Origin: an uncultured delta proteobacterium
GTDB lineage: Bacteria; Desulfobacterota; RBG-13-43-22
Assembly: GCA_963790475.1 (NCBI GenBank)
Contig: CAWBOS010000006.1
Coordinates: 32,001 to 96,000, forward strand
DNA length: 64,000 nt
Direction: 5' to 3'
Of this stretch, positions 19,751-29,855 are shown piece after piece. The notes below the pieces were generated by a model that worked only from the letters and a program-made list of their open reading frames with translations, made no database searches and had not been told where the DNA came from. Every line of letters begins with the position of its first letter. Position 1 is the first letter of the stretch. Position numbers and translations under genes: made by a program.

Positions 19751-19933
19751 ACGAAAATAAACCCATTCGTCGCGAAATTTTTTGTATATGGTCAGTTGGA
19801 ACAGTTCCAAGAATATCGGACTTGGACTTATGAAAGACGCCTCCAATGGCTCATGATGGGCAATCTGTTAAGAAAATCCCTTCCCCGTAAAACCATTAAA
19901 CTCCAAGATGCTTTTCGGGAGGGACGGGTTTAA
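19751..19933 (+). pseudogene. Cryptic ~60-aa ORF with probable ATG>ACG start loss
   Basis: Frame reads (T)KINPFVAKFFVYGQLEQFQEYRTWTYERRLQWLMMGNLLRKSLPRKTIKLQDAFREGRV*; not in the ORF track. Confidence 0.4.
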
Positions 19934-19969
19934 ATAAAAGTAAATCTTTCTTCCCCTGCCCCTTTAAAA

Positions 19970-20612
19970 TCATCTCCCTCCCGGTCCGAACCGTTTCCAA
20001 AAAACACCGGAGACCCCGATGAGGATCAGGGCCGTCCCTAGAACCATGGATGTGGTGATGCGTTCCCCCCAACACCAGCCAGCCCAATAGGACGGCGATG
20101 ACCGGGTTGATATAGGCGTAGGTCATGACCACGGAAATGGGCAGGGTGCGAACAGCAATGATATAGGAGGTGAAGCTGATCAGCGAGCCGGCAATGACCA
20201 GATAGGCCCAGCCCAGCCAGGCCATGGGTATGGGGTGCGGCCAGGGTTCACCGGTTAGCAGCATGACCCCTGTCAACCCCAAACCTCCGAACAAATGTTG
20301 ATAGGCCGAAATCAAAATCGGTTTGCTCTCCGGAGGTCTGCGTTGCAGGAGCAGGGACCCTCCGGACCAGGCCATGGCGGCCGCCAAAAGCGCCGCCGTC
20401 GATGAAACGTCGGCGTGTAAGCCCTGTTTAAGGACCGGCATAACCAGGACGGCCAGCCCTGAAAAGCCGACCAACAGAGATAAGGCCAACAGAAGTGAGG
20501 GCGGCTTACGCTCCAGTATGGATTCCATGCGGATGAAGAGATAGGTACTGCCCCAGACCAGGTAAACTACGATCAGGTTCAGCATCCCCTTGGTGGAAAG
20601 GGAGTCAGACAT
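19970..20612 (-). pseudogene. EamA/DMT transporter with an internal deletion and a 3' frameshift
   Basis: VYLVWGSTYL and YAYINPVIAVLLG motifs; jumps from FIR to MESIL; removing one G of the run at 20065-20070 restores LGERIT...LILIGV*. Confidence 0.8.
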
Positions 20613-20731
20613 AACTCCAAAGGAATAGTCGAGTTATCCTGAAAGGTCAACGACAAACCCTTCAGTGCCTCGACGTTGCGATGGATCTGATCAATTGATA
20701 TGGGGGAAGGGCAAGAAACCAAAATTTCTTT

Positions 20732-20760
20732 TTGACGAAGTCCCCAAGAAAAAGTATGAT
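20732..20760 (+). promoter_or_regulatory. Sigma-70 promoter for dctPQM
   Basis: TTGACG-17 bp-TATGAT. Confidence 0.6.
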
Positions 20761-20817
20761 AGCCCGATTGTTTTATCAGACCATCTTAATTATATCAACA
20801 GATCGGGAGGAATCATC

Positions 20818-21849
20818 ATGGGAAAAAAATGTCTCGCCTTGACGGTTATCGGCATCCTCATCTTTGGAGTAGTATCCTTGGGACTTTGTGCAACCTATAA
20901 GCCGGAATATAAGATGAGTATTGTGGTCGGTCCCACCGGTCCCTGGGGAGAGGGTGCGGCCCGCTTTGCCGAAGCGGTAAAAAAGGCCACGGACGGTCGT
21001 ATCAATATCAAACCCTATTACAGCGGCCAACTCTTCGCCGGAAAACAAACCAACGAATTTCTTTTGATGAAGCAAGGGGTCATCGATTTCGCCCTCGGTT
21101 CGACCATAAACTGGTCCACGACCGTCAAAGAACTGAATCTTTTTCCCATGCCCTTTTTCTTCCCCAATTATAAGGCCCTTGATGCCGTGGAAAATGGGGA
21201 AACCGGGAAACGTCTCTCCAAAATGATTGAAGATAAAGGGGTGGTGGTTCTCGGTTGGGGAGAAAACGGCTACCGGGATCTGACCAACAGCAAACGGGCC
21301 GTCAAAAAACCGGAAGACCTCGAAGGGCTTAAAGTCCGGGTGGTGGGTTCCCCGATCTTTATTGACACCTTTAAGGCCCTGGGCGCCAATCCCGTCTCCA
21401 TGAACTGGGGGGAAGCCCTTTCGGCCTTCCAGCAGGGAACGGTTGACGGTCAGGAAAATCCCATCGTATCCGTCGTTATCCCCAACAAACTATGGCAGGT
21501 CCATAAATACATGACGGTCTGGGGGTATGCTATTGACCCCCTCATCCTCGGAATGAGCAAAGAGGTCTGGGACGGTCTGCCGCTTAAGGATAAAGAGGCC
21601 ATCAAAAAAGCGGCCGAGGAAACAGTGAAGTGGCAGAAGAAAGGGGCCCGCGAAGGGTTGGAAGGGACTATGCCGGCCCTGGAACAATTGAAGAAAAACG
21701 GCATGGAGGTTACGGTCCTTTCTCCTGATCAAAGCAAGGCCTTTATTAATAAAACCCGGCCTGTCTATGAAAAGTGGGAGAAAGACATCGGCCCGGACCT
21801 GGTTAAAATGGCCGAAAAAGAGGTCCAGCAAGCGGGAAAGAAAAGATAA
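20818..21849 (+). CDS. dctP: TRAP transporter substrate-binding protein
   Basis: Signal peptide; GENGYR, PEDLEGLKVRV, LGANPVSM, QQGTVDGQENP; GGGAGG RBS before ATG 20818. Confidence 0.95.
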   Translation: MGKKCLALTVIGILIFGVVSLGLCATYKPEYKMSIVVGPTGPWGEGAARFAEAVKKATDGRINIKPYYSGQLFAGKQTNEFLLMKQGVIDFALGSTINWSTTVKELNLFPMPFFFPNYKALDAVENGETGKRLSKMIEDKGVVVLGWGENGYRDLTNSKRAVKKPEDLEGLKVRVVGSPIFIDTFKALGANPVSMNWGEALSAFQQGTVDGQENPIVSVVIPNKLWQVHKYMTVWGYAIDPLILGMSKEVWDGLPLKDKEAIKKAAEETVKWQKKGAREGLEGTMPALEQLKKNGMEVTVLSPDQSKAFINKTRPVYEKWEKDIGPDLVKMAEKEVQQAGKKR

Positions 21850-21896
21850 AATCATAAGAGAATTACTCCGGCCATCTGATTGGGGAGTTTTCGTCA

Positions 21897-21956
21897 AGGC
21901 GGACTTGAGGGTACAAGGCAGGCATTAGCCTTAGCCTTCTTCCCTCAAGTCCGCCT
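21897..21956 (+). terminator. Long intercistronic hairpin between dctP and dctQ
   Basis: Perfect 15-bp inverted repeat AGGCGGACTTGAGGG/CCCTCAAGTCCGCCT; no U-tract. Confidence 0.5.
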
Positions 21957-21988
21957 AGGAAAGAACGACCCTCAAAGGGTGATCTAAT

Positions 21989-22456
21989 ATGCTCAAAAAA
22001 ATTTTTGAACACGGGGAAGAGGCGGCCGGTGTATTTCTTCTTTTAATGATGTGCCTCCTGGCCTTTGCCAATGTGGTAACCCGTTATTTCATCCGTTATT
22101 CTTTTGCCTTTACCGAAGAAATAGAAGTGGCCTGCCTGGTTTGGCTTACCATGTTGGGTGCCTCCGCCGGATTCAGGAGAGGGATTCACTTGGGGTTTAA
22201 TCTCCTGTCTCTTCGTTTTCCCATTGTTGGGAAAAAGGTGCTTTCCCCCCTGGCGACCCTCTTGACCTTTGCCACGGTCTGTCTCCTGATCTGGTTCGGT
22301 GTCTCTCAGATGCGGGATGAAATCAGTCTGAACGTCCAAACCGAGGCCCTGAATATTCCCCAATGGTGGTACACCCTGGCCATTCCTGTGGGTGGGCTCT
22401 TAATTTTGATTCGCCTGATAGAAGCGGCCTGGAAAGAGCGGAAAGGGACCTCCTGA
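21989..22456 (+). CDS. dctQ: TRAP transporter small permease
   Basis: NVVTRY, FTEEI, WLTMLGA, HL; 4 TM segments. Confidence 0.93.
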   Translation: MLKKIFEHGEEAAGVFLLLMMCLLAFANVVTRYFIRYSFAFTEEIEVACLVWLTMLGASAGFRRGIHLGFNLLSLRFPIVGKKVLSPLATLLTFATVCLLIWFGVSQMRDEISLNVQTEALNIPQWWYTLAIPVGGLLILIRLIEAAWKERKGTS

Positions 22457-23739
22457 TGGAATCGGTCCTGCTGTTCTTCCTGGTCTTTTTGTTCCTCCTT
22501 CTACTGGGAGTGCCTGTGGCCACTTCCCTCGGATTTACTTCTATCCTGCTCATCGGAAATTATCATCTTGGAATCCAGGTTATCGCCTCCAACTTTTACG
22601 CCAATGTGGCCAAGTTCCAGCTCCTGGCCCTTCCTTTCTTTATCCTGGCCGGTCTTATCCTGGATCGCTGTGGAATATCCAAAAGGCTTATCCACTTTAT
22701 CAGCCTCTTGGTCGGGCCTATCCCCGGAGGACTGGCCATTGTGACTATCATCGTCGGAGTCATCTTTGCCGGCATTTCCGGATCGGGCCCGGCCGATACC
22801 GCCGCCCTGGGTGTCATCCTTTTTCCGGCCATGGTCGCCTTGGGATACCACCGGGGGTACACAGCCGCCCTGATCGCCAGTTCAGGTTCTCTGGCCATTG
22901 TCATTCCCCCCAGTATTGCCTTTATCATCTATGGGGTGATTACCAGTACCTCTATCCCGGCCCTTTTTGCCGCCGGTGTGATTCCCGGAGTAATCACCGC
23001 CTTGTTTCTCATCATCCCTTCCTATTTCATTGCCCGAAAATTTGGCTGGAAAGGAGAAAAATGGGGAACACCGGCCGAGATCTGGCAGGCCTTTAAAGAG
23101 GCCCTCTGGGGACTCCTGGCCCCGGTGGTCATTTTAAGCGGAATCTATGGCGGGGTCTTTACGGCCACCGAAGCAGCGGTGGTGGCGGTTTTTTACGGCC
23201 TCTTTTTGGGTCTGGTCATCTATCGAAGTCTTACCCTGCAAGCCCTCTACGATATCTTTAAAGATGCGGTCCTGTCTTCGGCCGTGGTCATGTTCATTGT
23301 CGCTTTTGCCGGTCTTTTTTCCTGGACCGGCGCCACTCTCGGGGTGATGGACAAGGCCTCCTCCAGCCTTCTTTCTCTCTCTTCCAACCCCATGGTCATA
23401 TTGCTGCTGATAAACTTCATGCTTTTTATCGCCGGCATGTTGATGGACGCCATTTCCATCTACTATGTATTTCTGCCTATTCTCATTCCCATCATGTCTT
23501 ATTTCCATTGGGACCCGGTCTGGTTTGGCGTGGTCATGACTCTGAATCTGGCGATCGGTCAAATCACTCCCCCGGTGGCGGTAAACCTTTACGTGATCGC
23601 CAATATCGCCGGCCTTTCCCTGGAGGATATATCCAAGTCGGTGATTCCTTTTATAGCCATAATGTTAGCAGCACTTTTGTTAACCATCTTTTTCCCGATT
23701 CTCTCCACCTTTTTACCGGCCTTTTTTGGTCTTAAATAA
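22456..23739 (+). CDS. dctM: TRAP transporter large permease
   Basis: LALPFFILAG, SGSGPAD, IPPSI, FTATEAA, TPPVAVNL; TGATG coupling to dctQ. Confidence 0.95.
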   Translation: MESVLLFFLVFLFLLLLGVPVATSLGFTSILLIGNYHLGIQVIASNFYANVAKFQLLALPFFILAGLILDRCGISKRLIHFISLLVGPIPGGLAIVTIIVGVIFAGISGSGPADTAALGVILFPAMVALGYHRGYTAALIASSGSLAIVIPPSIAFIIYGVITSTSIPALFAAGVIPGVITALFLIIPSYFIARKFGWKGEKWGTPAEIWQAFKEALWGLLAPVVILSGIYGGVFTATEAAVVAVFYGLFLGLVIYRSLTLQALYDIFKDAVLSSAVVMFIVAFAGLFSWTGATLGVMDKASSSLLSLSSNPMVILLLINFMLFIAGMLMDAISIYYVFLPILIPIMSYFHWDPVWFGVVMTLNLAIGQITPPVAVNLYVIANIAGLSLEDISKSVIPFIAIMLAALLLTIFFPILSTFLPAFFGLK

Positions 23740-23779
23740 GTCGGGAGATCCCCAAGGCCTTGCCGTTTGGTTTTTCTCC

Positions 23780-23808
23780 TTGATTCCTTATGGAGGCTAT
23801 TCTATACT
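23780..23808 (+). promoter_or_regulatory. Sigma-70 promoter for holB
   Basis: TTGATT-17 bp-TATACT. Confidence 0.5.
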
Positions 23809-23901
23809 CTTTCTTACCAAGGAAAATTATTGGCAAATAAATTAACTGGTTAGATATCGCAGGCAGTAAAGATCATAGAAAAAGAGACCTCAGAAAAGCA
23901 T

Positions 23902-24885
23902 ATGTCCTTCACCCTTATTCAAGGCCAGGATAGGGCCATAGAAAATTTAAAGCAATCTCTCCAAAGGGACAAGCTCCACCATGCCTATCTCTTCAGCGGA
24001 CCTGAAGGGGTGGGGAAAAAGAAGACCGCCCTGGAGTTGGCCAAGGCCTTGAACTGCGACAACCCCGGTCCGGATGGCGGCTGCGATCAGTGCCCGGCCT
24101 GCCGGAAGATTGAAAACCGGATTCATCCGGACCTGATTCATTTAGAACCGGAAGGGGCCCATATCCGCATTGAGCAAATCCGGAATCTGGGCCAGCAGCT
24201 TTCCTATGGACCGGTGATGGGCCGCTCCCGTCTTTGCCTTTTGGACATGGCCTCGGACCTCAATGAACCGGCCGGCAATGCCTTTTTGAAAACCCTTGAA
24301 GAACCTCCGCCGGGGACAATTTTTGTCCTCCTGGTCAGGGACCCGGGTGAATTATTACCAACCCTGGTCTCCCGTTGCGTCTCCATCGGATTCAATCCCC
24401 TGTCTCTGTCCCTGATTGCCGATAAGCTGGTTACCGAAAAAGGGATGTCCCGGGAAGAGTCCCTGGCCTTAAGCCTGGTTTCCGGCGGGAGTCTGGGCAA
24501 GGCCTTTCAGTATATCAAAACTAATTTCTGGGAAAAACAAGAGGCCTGGATAACCCAGCTGGAAGGGTTCTCGCAGGCCGGGATGACCCAGTTGCTGGGT
24601 TGGGCCAAAAGCTGGCTGGGCTCCAGAGAAGAGACCCTGGAAAATCTGGAGATAGGCCAGTGGTGTTTGCGGGACCTGATCTGGGTCCGGGCCGGGCTGG
24701 AGGACAGGGTATCGCTCCGGCCCCATTTAAAAGAAAGGGTCAGGGCCCTGGCTTTTAGTCTGCCGGACACGGTCTGGCTAAAACGATTGACTTTAATCCA
24801 TCAAGCCTCCGTTTATAGTACCCAGAATGTTAACGCCCAGTTGAACTGGGAAGTTTTATTCCTCAAGATGGCCCGGGCCAATTAA
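23902..24885 (+). CDS. holB: DNA polymerase III delta-prime subunit
   Basis: HAYLFSGPEGVGK, C..CDQCPAC zinc module, HPD, NAFLKTLEEPP, LLPTLVSRC. Confidence 0.95.
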   Translation: MSFTLIQGQDRAIENLKQSLQRDKLHHAYLFSGPEGVGKKKTALELAKALNCDNPGPDGGCDQCPACRKIENRIHPDLIHLEPEGAHIRIEQIRNLGQQLSYGPVMGRSRLCLLDMASDLNEPAGNAFLKTLEEPPPGTIFVLLVRDPGELLPTLVSRCVSIGFNPLSLSLIADKLVTEKGMSREESLALSLVSGGSLGKAFQYIKTNFWEKQEAWITQLEGFSQAGMTQLLGWAKSWLGSREETLENLEIGQWCLRDLIWVRAGLEDRVSLRPHLKERVRALAFSLPDTVWLKRLTLIHQASVYSTQNVNAQLNWEVLFLKMARAN

Positions 24886-25013
24886 CAGGTTGCTGAAAAA
24901 GGCCCATCTACTTTGTTGCCCTCATCCTTCTCGTCATTGCGGCGTACTTCACCGTACGCCTCATTCCTCAGAATTTCGGGCGCCTCGCATCTGGACCCTT
25001 TTTGAGCAACCTG
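24886..25013. mobile_element. MITE-like 128-bp element with 17-bp terminal inverted repeats
   Basis: CAGGTTGCTGAAAAAGG / CCTTTTTGAGCAACCTG (16/17 match); internal GGCGTAC/GTACGCC hairpin. Confidence 0.65.
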
Positions 25014-25036
25014 CCAAAAAAGAGGTTTTTCGCATC

Positions 25037-26572
25037 CTAATTAAGGCCCGCATCAACCCACCGCTCATATTCGTTTTGCAGTACCTGTTTTTGAAGCTTG
25101 CCCATGGAGTTTCGAGGAAGGACAGAGCGGAAAAATATTTTTCGGGGACACTTATAACCGGCCAGACGGATCTTGCAAAATTGGATCAATTCCGAGGCCT
25201 CCGGGGAGCTTCCTTCTCTTAAGACCACCGCCGCCGATACCTGTTCCCCGAAATCCTCGTGGGCCAATCCAAAGACCGCCGCCTCTTGAACCGCGGCATG
25301 GTCTTCCAGGATGTTTTCGATTTCTTTGGGATAGACATTATACCCTCCGGTGATAATCAGTTCCCTGGCCCTGCCCACCAGGTAGAGACGCAAATGGTCT
25401 TCGGGATCCTGATAGCCCAGGTCCCCGGACTTGAACCAGCCATTGTTAAAAGATTCCCTCGTCTTCTCCGGCTGATTCCAGTAACCTTTAAACACATTAT
25501 TGCCTTTAATCCAGACTTCTCCGACTTCTCCGGGCCTGACATCAAGGCCCTCTTTACCGACCACACGAATCGACACCCCGTTCAGCGGATAACCGACACT
25601 TTTGACTTTCCTTAATTCCGAATCATAGGGATTAGAGGCAATCATTCCGGTTTCAGTCATACCGTATCTTTCCAAAAGGGTATGACCGGTCTGTTCCTTG
25701 AATCGATGGAAAAGCGGTTCCGGTAAAGGAGCTGATCCGGAGATAAAGATCCTTAGGGTTTCCAGGTTCGGCTTTCTTTCCAGAGTTTCCCAGGCCAGGC
25801 TCAACCGCTGGTAAATGGTGGGAACGGCCATGAGCATGGTACATCGTTCCTGTTCGAGAACTTGCCAGGCCTCCAAGGGATCAAACCGTTCTTTCATGAT
25901 CATGGTACTGCCGGCATAAAGAGTCCCATGAACCGCCACGGACAAGCCGTGGATATGAAAGAGGGGCAGGACATGCAACAGCCTATCCTGGCTGGTCCAG
26001 CGCCAGGCCTGGTTAAGGGCCTTCATGTTTTCGATCAGATTTTCATGGGTAATCATGGCCCCCTTAGAACGTCCGGTCGTACCCGAGGTGTAGCAGAGCA
26101 AGGCCACATCTTCCCCCCGGGTGGGATAAGAAAGCCCTTTTCCTATAGGGGCTTCTTTTAGATGGCCAAAGTCCTTAGGAACCTCCTGATCGAATACCAG
26201 AACCTGAAGGCCGGGAATCTGTTTTAAGACAGATTCCATCTCGGCCTCTTTTTCAGAATCGATGATCACCAGGGAGCTTCCCGAGTCGGAAAGGAAATAC
26301 GATATCTCCTCCGGCCGATAGGTCGGATTAAGGGGCAAGGCAATGGCCCCCAGCCCCAGGGTCGCCAAATAGTATTCGACAAAGATCAAACCTTTGGGAA
26401 GGAGAAAGGCCACCCGGTCGCCTTTACGGATGTTGAGATTAATCAGTACCCCGGCCGCCTTTTTGACTTGCCGATCCAGATCGGCAAAGGATGTCCATTG
26501 GTTTTTGATTCGGATAGCGTTTTGGGGACCAAAGGTTTGGGCCTTTTCCGACAGAATTTGAGCTAGGTTCAT
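25037..26572 (-). CDS. Acyl-CoA synthetase, malonyl-CoA synthetase (MatB)-like
   Basis: YTSGTTGRSKGAM, HVLPLFHIHGL, SGSAPL, LERYGMTET, NVYPKEIE, PRNSMGKLQK; GGAG RBS before ATG 26572. Confidence 0.85.
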   Translation of the reverse strand: MNLAQILSEKAQTFGPQNAIRIKNQWTSFADLDRQVKKAAGVLINLNIRKGDRVAFLLPKGLIFVEYYLATLGLGAIALPLNPTYRPEEISYFLSDSGSSLVIIDSEKEAEMESVLKQIPGLQVLVFDQEVPKDFGHLKEAPIGKGLSYPTRGEDVALLCYTSGTTGRSKGAMITHENLIENMKALNQAWRWTSQDRLLHVLPLFHIHGLSVAVHGTLYAGSTMIMKERFDPLEAWQVLEQERCTMLMAVPTIYQRLSLAWETLERKPNLETLRIFISGSAPLPEPLFHRFKEQTGHTLLERYGMTETGMIASNPYDSELRKVKSVGYPLNGVSIRVVGKEGLDVRPGEVGEVWIKGNNVFKGYWNQPEKTRESFNNGWFKSGDLGYQDPEDHLRLYLVGRARELIITGGYNVYPKEIENILEDHAAVQEAAVFGLAHEDFGEQVSAAVVLREGSSPEASELIQFCKIRLAGYKCPRKIFFRSVLPRNSMGKLQKQVLQNEYERWVDAGLN

Positions 26573-26588
26573 TCTTTTCTCCAAATGT

Positions 26589-26734
26589 CAGAGACCTTTG
26601 CTAAATGCCCCCTCTTGGTCAATCTCTGCGTCAGGCTCAAATTTCAATCCTCGAAATATTAATTATATTCCTGTGGTTGAAATTTTCGCCTTCCTTGATC
26701 TTGGCCAAAGTTGAACATTTTTCAAAGATATCTG
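26589..26734. mobile_element. MITE-like 146-bp element with imperfect terminal inverted repeats
   Basis: CAGAGACCTTTGCTAAATG / CATTTTTCAAAGATATCTG (15/19); internal AAATTTCAA/TTGAAATTT stem. Confidence 0.6.
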
Positions 26735-26755
26735 CGATCGTTATCCCCTGAGATA

Positions 26756-26784
26756 TTGACGTTTAATATTTTAATCTGTATTAT
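26756..26784 (+). promoter_or_regulatory. Sigma-70 promoter
   Basis: TTGACG-17 bp-TATTAT. Confidence 0.55.
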
Positions 26785-26831
26785 CATAAGTTACGTTGAA
26801 ATGAAAAAAGAATCATAAAGGAGAATTCCCG

Positions 26832-27271
26832 ATGAAACTTCCGGAATACGTTACCATAAAAGAAGTGCAGCGGGTCTGCAAGGCCCTCGGTATCCGCGAT
26901 TGGACTATCATAAAAAAAGCCGAAGTCAAACCTGAAGAGGCCCGGATCATCTTAAATGAGGTTACCCCCAAAGGGATGAAAATCCCCCTCGATGAATTTC
27001 GCAGCGGCCTGGAGGTGGAGTTGGAGCATGGGACTCGTTATAAGGAGGCCAATGTCACCAACAACCATCCCCTGTTGACCGGCAAAATTGTGGTGGCTCA
27101 CCTGAATGGAATCCATGGATTATTACCGAGCGTCTCGATGTGGCTGAGATAGAAGGGGACCTGCTTAAGGCCTTTGTAGCCAACAACCTGACCAAGGCCG
27201 CGGTCAAATATAAGAAACTGCTCCGATCCAAGCGGGCTCTGGCGCAAACCGAAGAGAACTCTCTGGGTTAG
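26832..27271 (+). pseudogene. DUF5661-like protein with two single-base insertions
   Basis: GLEVELEHG...NVTNNHPLLTGKIVVAHL; removing bases near 27107 and 27126 restores KESMDYYxRLDVAEIEG... to TAG 27271 (145 aa). Confidence 0.7.
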
Positions 27272-27439
27272 TTTCCATCAATTAAGACGCTTCATCTTTA
27301 AGCCATTACCGCTTATCACCCTGAAGGCCCCTCCGGGCAAGGTCAATGGTATATTCTGATAGGAGCAGGATCTGAATGCACCTCTCATTCCCTTTGCCGT
27401 TCTAAATTTTGGGTGAAGTTCTATTAATGAGGGTTTTCT

Positions 27440-29804
27440 ATGAACGACAATCAAAAAACTAAAGCCCAGTTGCTGGTTGAGTTGGCAGACTTGCGTCGCC
27501 AGGTGGAAAAGCAAGAGGCCGTAAAAAAGTCAGGACTGGCCGGTGAGGAGAGGTATCTCACTATTCTTGAACAAATTGAAGATGGATATTACGAAGTTGA
27601 CTTGTCGGGGAAATACACCTTCGTCAATACCAGCGTTTGTAAGTATCATGGGCGCTCCCCCGATGAGTTGATAGGCCAGAGTTACCGGAAATTTTTTGCA
27701 AATCTTGAATCGGCCCAAAAAATTTTTAAAGTATACAACGAAATATACCGAACAGGCATCCCAGCTAAGATATTTGATTATCCTCTCCTCCGCAAGGATG
27801 GGGAAATCCGCCACCTGGAAGTTTCCGGTTCTCTGATCAAAGATCAAGCGGGAAAGGCAAAAGGTTTTCGAGGGGTTATCCGGGATATAACCGAACGTAA
27901 AAAGATGGAGGCCGAGCAGGAGAGATACCGGGCTTTCGTTGAAAATATAGCGGATGGGTGCTGGGAGATTGATCTGGCCGGCAATACGACCTTTATGAAT
28001 GAAACGACCTGCCGAGTGATGCAATATACCAGGGAAGAATTACTGGGCCTGAACAACCGGGCCTTTACGACCCCGGAAACGGCTAAGAAATTGTTCAAGG
28101 TTTTCAATGAAATTTACCGGACCGGACTTCCGGCCTATATGTCGGATTATCCTGTCATCCGTAAAGATGGTGGTACTATTGTTCTGGAATTGTCGGCCTC
28201 ATTGATCCGGGATGATGCCGGAAATCCTGTCGGCTTCCGGGGAATTACCCGGGATATATCCGAACGAAAAAAGATGGAGGTCGAGCAGGAGAGATACCGC
28301 GATTTCGTTGAGAACATAGCGGATGGGGTCTGGGAGGTTGATTTGGCCGGTAATATGACCTTATTTAATGAGGCCACTTGCCGGATGTTTGGATACCCAC
28401 GGGAAGAATTCCTGGGCCTAAACAACCGGGCCTATACCTCCCCGGAAACGGCTAAACAAACATTTAGACTATTCAATGAAATTTATCGAACAGGCTCGCC
28501 GGCAAAAATATTTGATTATGAAGTCATTCACAAGGATGGGACAGTCGGTACTCTGGAATTATCGGCCTCATTGATCCGGGATGAAGCCGGAAATCCTGTC
28601 GGCTTCCGGGGAATTACCAGAGATATCACCGAACGGAAAAGGATGGAAGCAGAAACGGCACGCCTTACAGAACAACTTAACCAGGCCCGAAAACTGGAGG
28701 CCGTCGGGACCTTGGCCGGGGGTATCGCCCATGACTTCAATAACCTGCTTATGGGGATACAGGGCTATACCTCTTTAATGCTTCTGGATACCGATCCCTC
28801 TCATCCCTTTTATGAAAAATTAAAAACCGTCGAGGCTCAGGTGAGGAGCGCCGCTGATTTAACAAGACAGTTATTGGGGTATGCCCGCGAAGGACGTTAT
28901 GAAGTCAAGGCAACCGACCTGAATGAATTAGTCGGCAAGACGGCTTCCCTTTTTGGAAGAACAAAAAAGGAAATCAGCATCCATCAAATCTTTGCCAAGA
29001 ACCTCTGGACTATTGAGGCCGACCAGGGACAATTGGAGCAGGTACTCTTGAATCTCTTCATGAATGCCTGGCAGGCCATGCCCGGAGGTGGTGCCCTTTA
29101 TCTGCAAACGGAAAATGTCCGGTTGGATGAATCTTATGTTGAGCCCTATGAAACGGCTCCCGGACCTTTTGTAAAGCTATCGGTAACGGATACGGGTATA
29201 GGTATGGATAGGGAGACGAAAGAACGGATTTTTGAACCCTTTTTTACGACCAAAGAAATGGGGCGGGGCACTGGTCTGGGTTTGGCCTCGACCTATGGTA
29301 TCATCCGCGGGCATAAGGGAATCATCACTGTTTACAGTGAAAAAGGGTATGGAACGACTTTCAACATTTACCTCCCGTCCTCACAAAAAGAAGCGCTCCA
29401 AGAAATACAGCCGTCCCGGGAAATTATGAAAGTGCAGGGAACCCTTCTCCTGGTTGATGATGAAAAAATAATTATCGAGGTAACGGGGGGCCATGATCAC
29501 CCAGTTGGGGTATCAGCTCCTGATCGCCCGCAGCGGTGAGGAGGCGGTGGAGATCTACCAGGCCAATTCGGAACGAATCGATTTGGTGATCATGGATATG
29601 ATCATGCCGGGGATAGGAGGCGGTGCGGCTTTCGACCTGATAAAATCCATCAATCCTCAGGTCAAGATCATCCTTTCCAGCGGGTTCAATTTGAATGGTG
29701 CGGCCGAAGAGATCATGAACCGTGGAGCTCGGGCCTTTCTCCAGAAGCCTTTCCGGTTTGATGATCTTTCAAGGGTGGTCCGGGAGGTTTTAGAAGCTCC
29801 ATGA
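27440..29804 (+). CDS. Hybrid sensor kinase (3x PAS-HisKA-HATPase-REC) split by a +1 frameshift in the G6 run 29485-29490
   Basis: [39 protein letters not shown]; REC begins LLVDDE in ORF 27440-29539 and continues in ORF 29493-29804 (MDMIMP, KPF). Confidence 0.88.
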
Positions 29805-29808
29805 GATC

Positions 29809-29833
29809 CCGGCCCTCTTCTCCAGAGGGCCGG
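29809..29833. terminator. Hairpin between convergent genes
   Basis: CCGGCCCTCT-tctcc-AGAGGGCCGG perfect 10-bp stem. Confidence 0.6.
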
Positions 29834-29855
29834 AATTTCCCGATATTTAAGAGGC

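Noticed and set aside
24886-26734. Composite transposon carrying the MatB-like gene
   Set aside because: The two flanking elements have different terminal repeats; no transposase or shared target duplication seen
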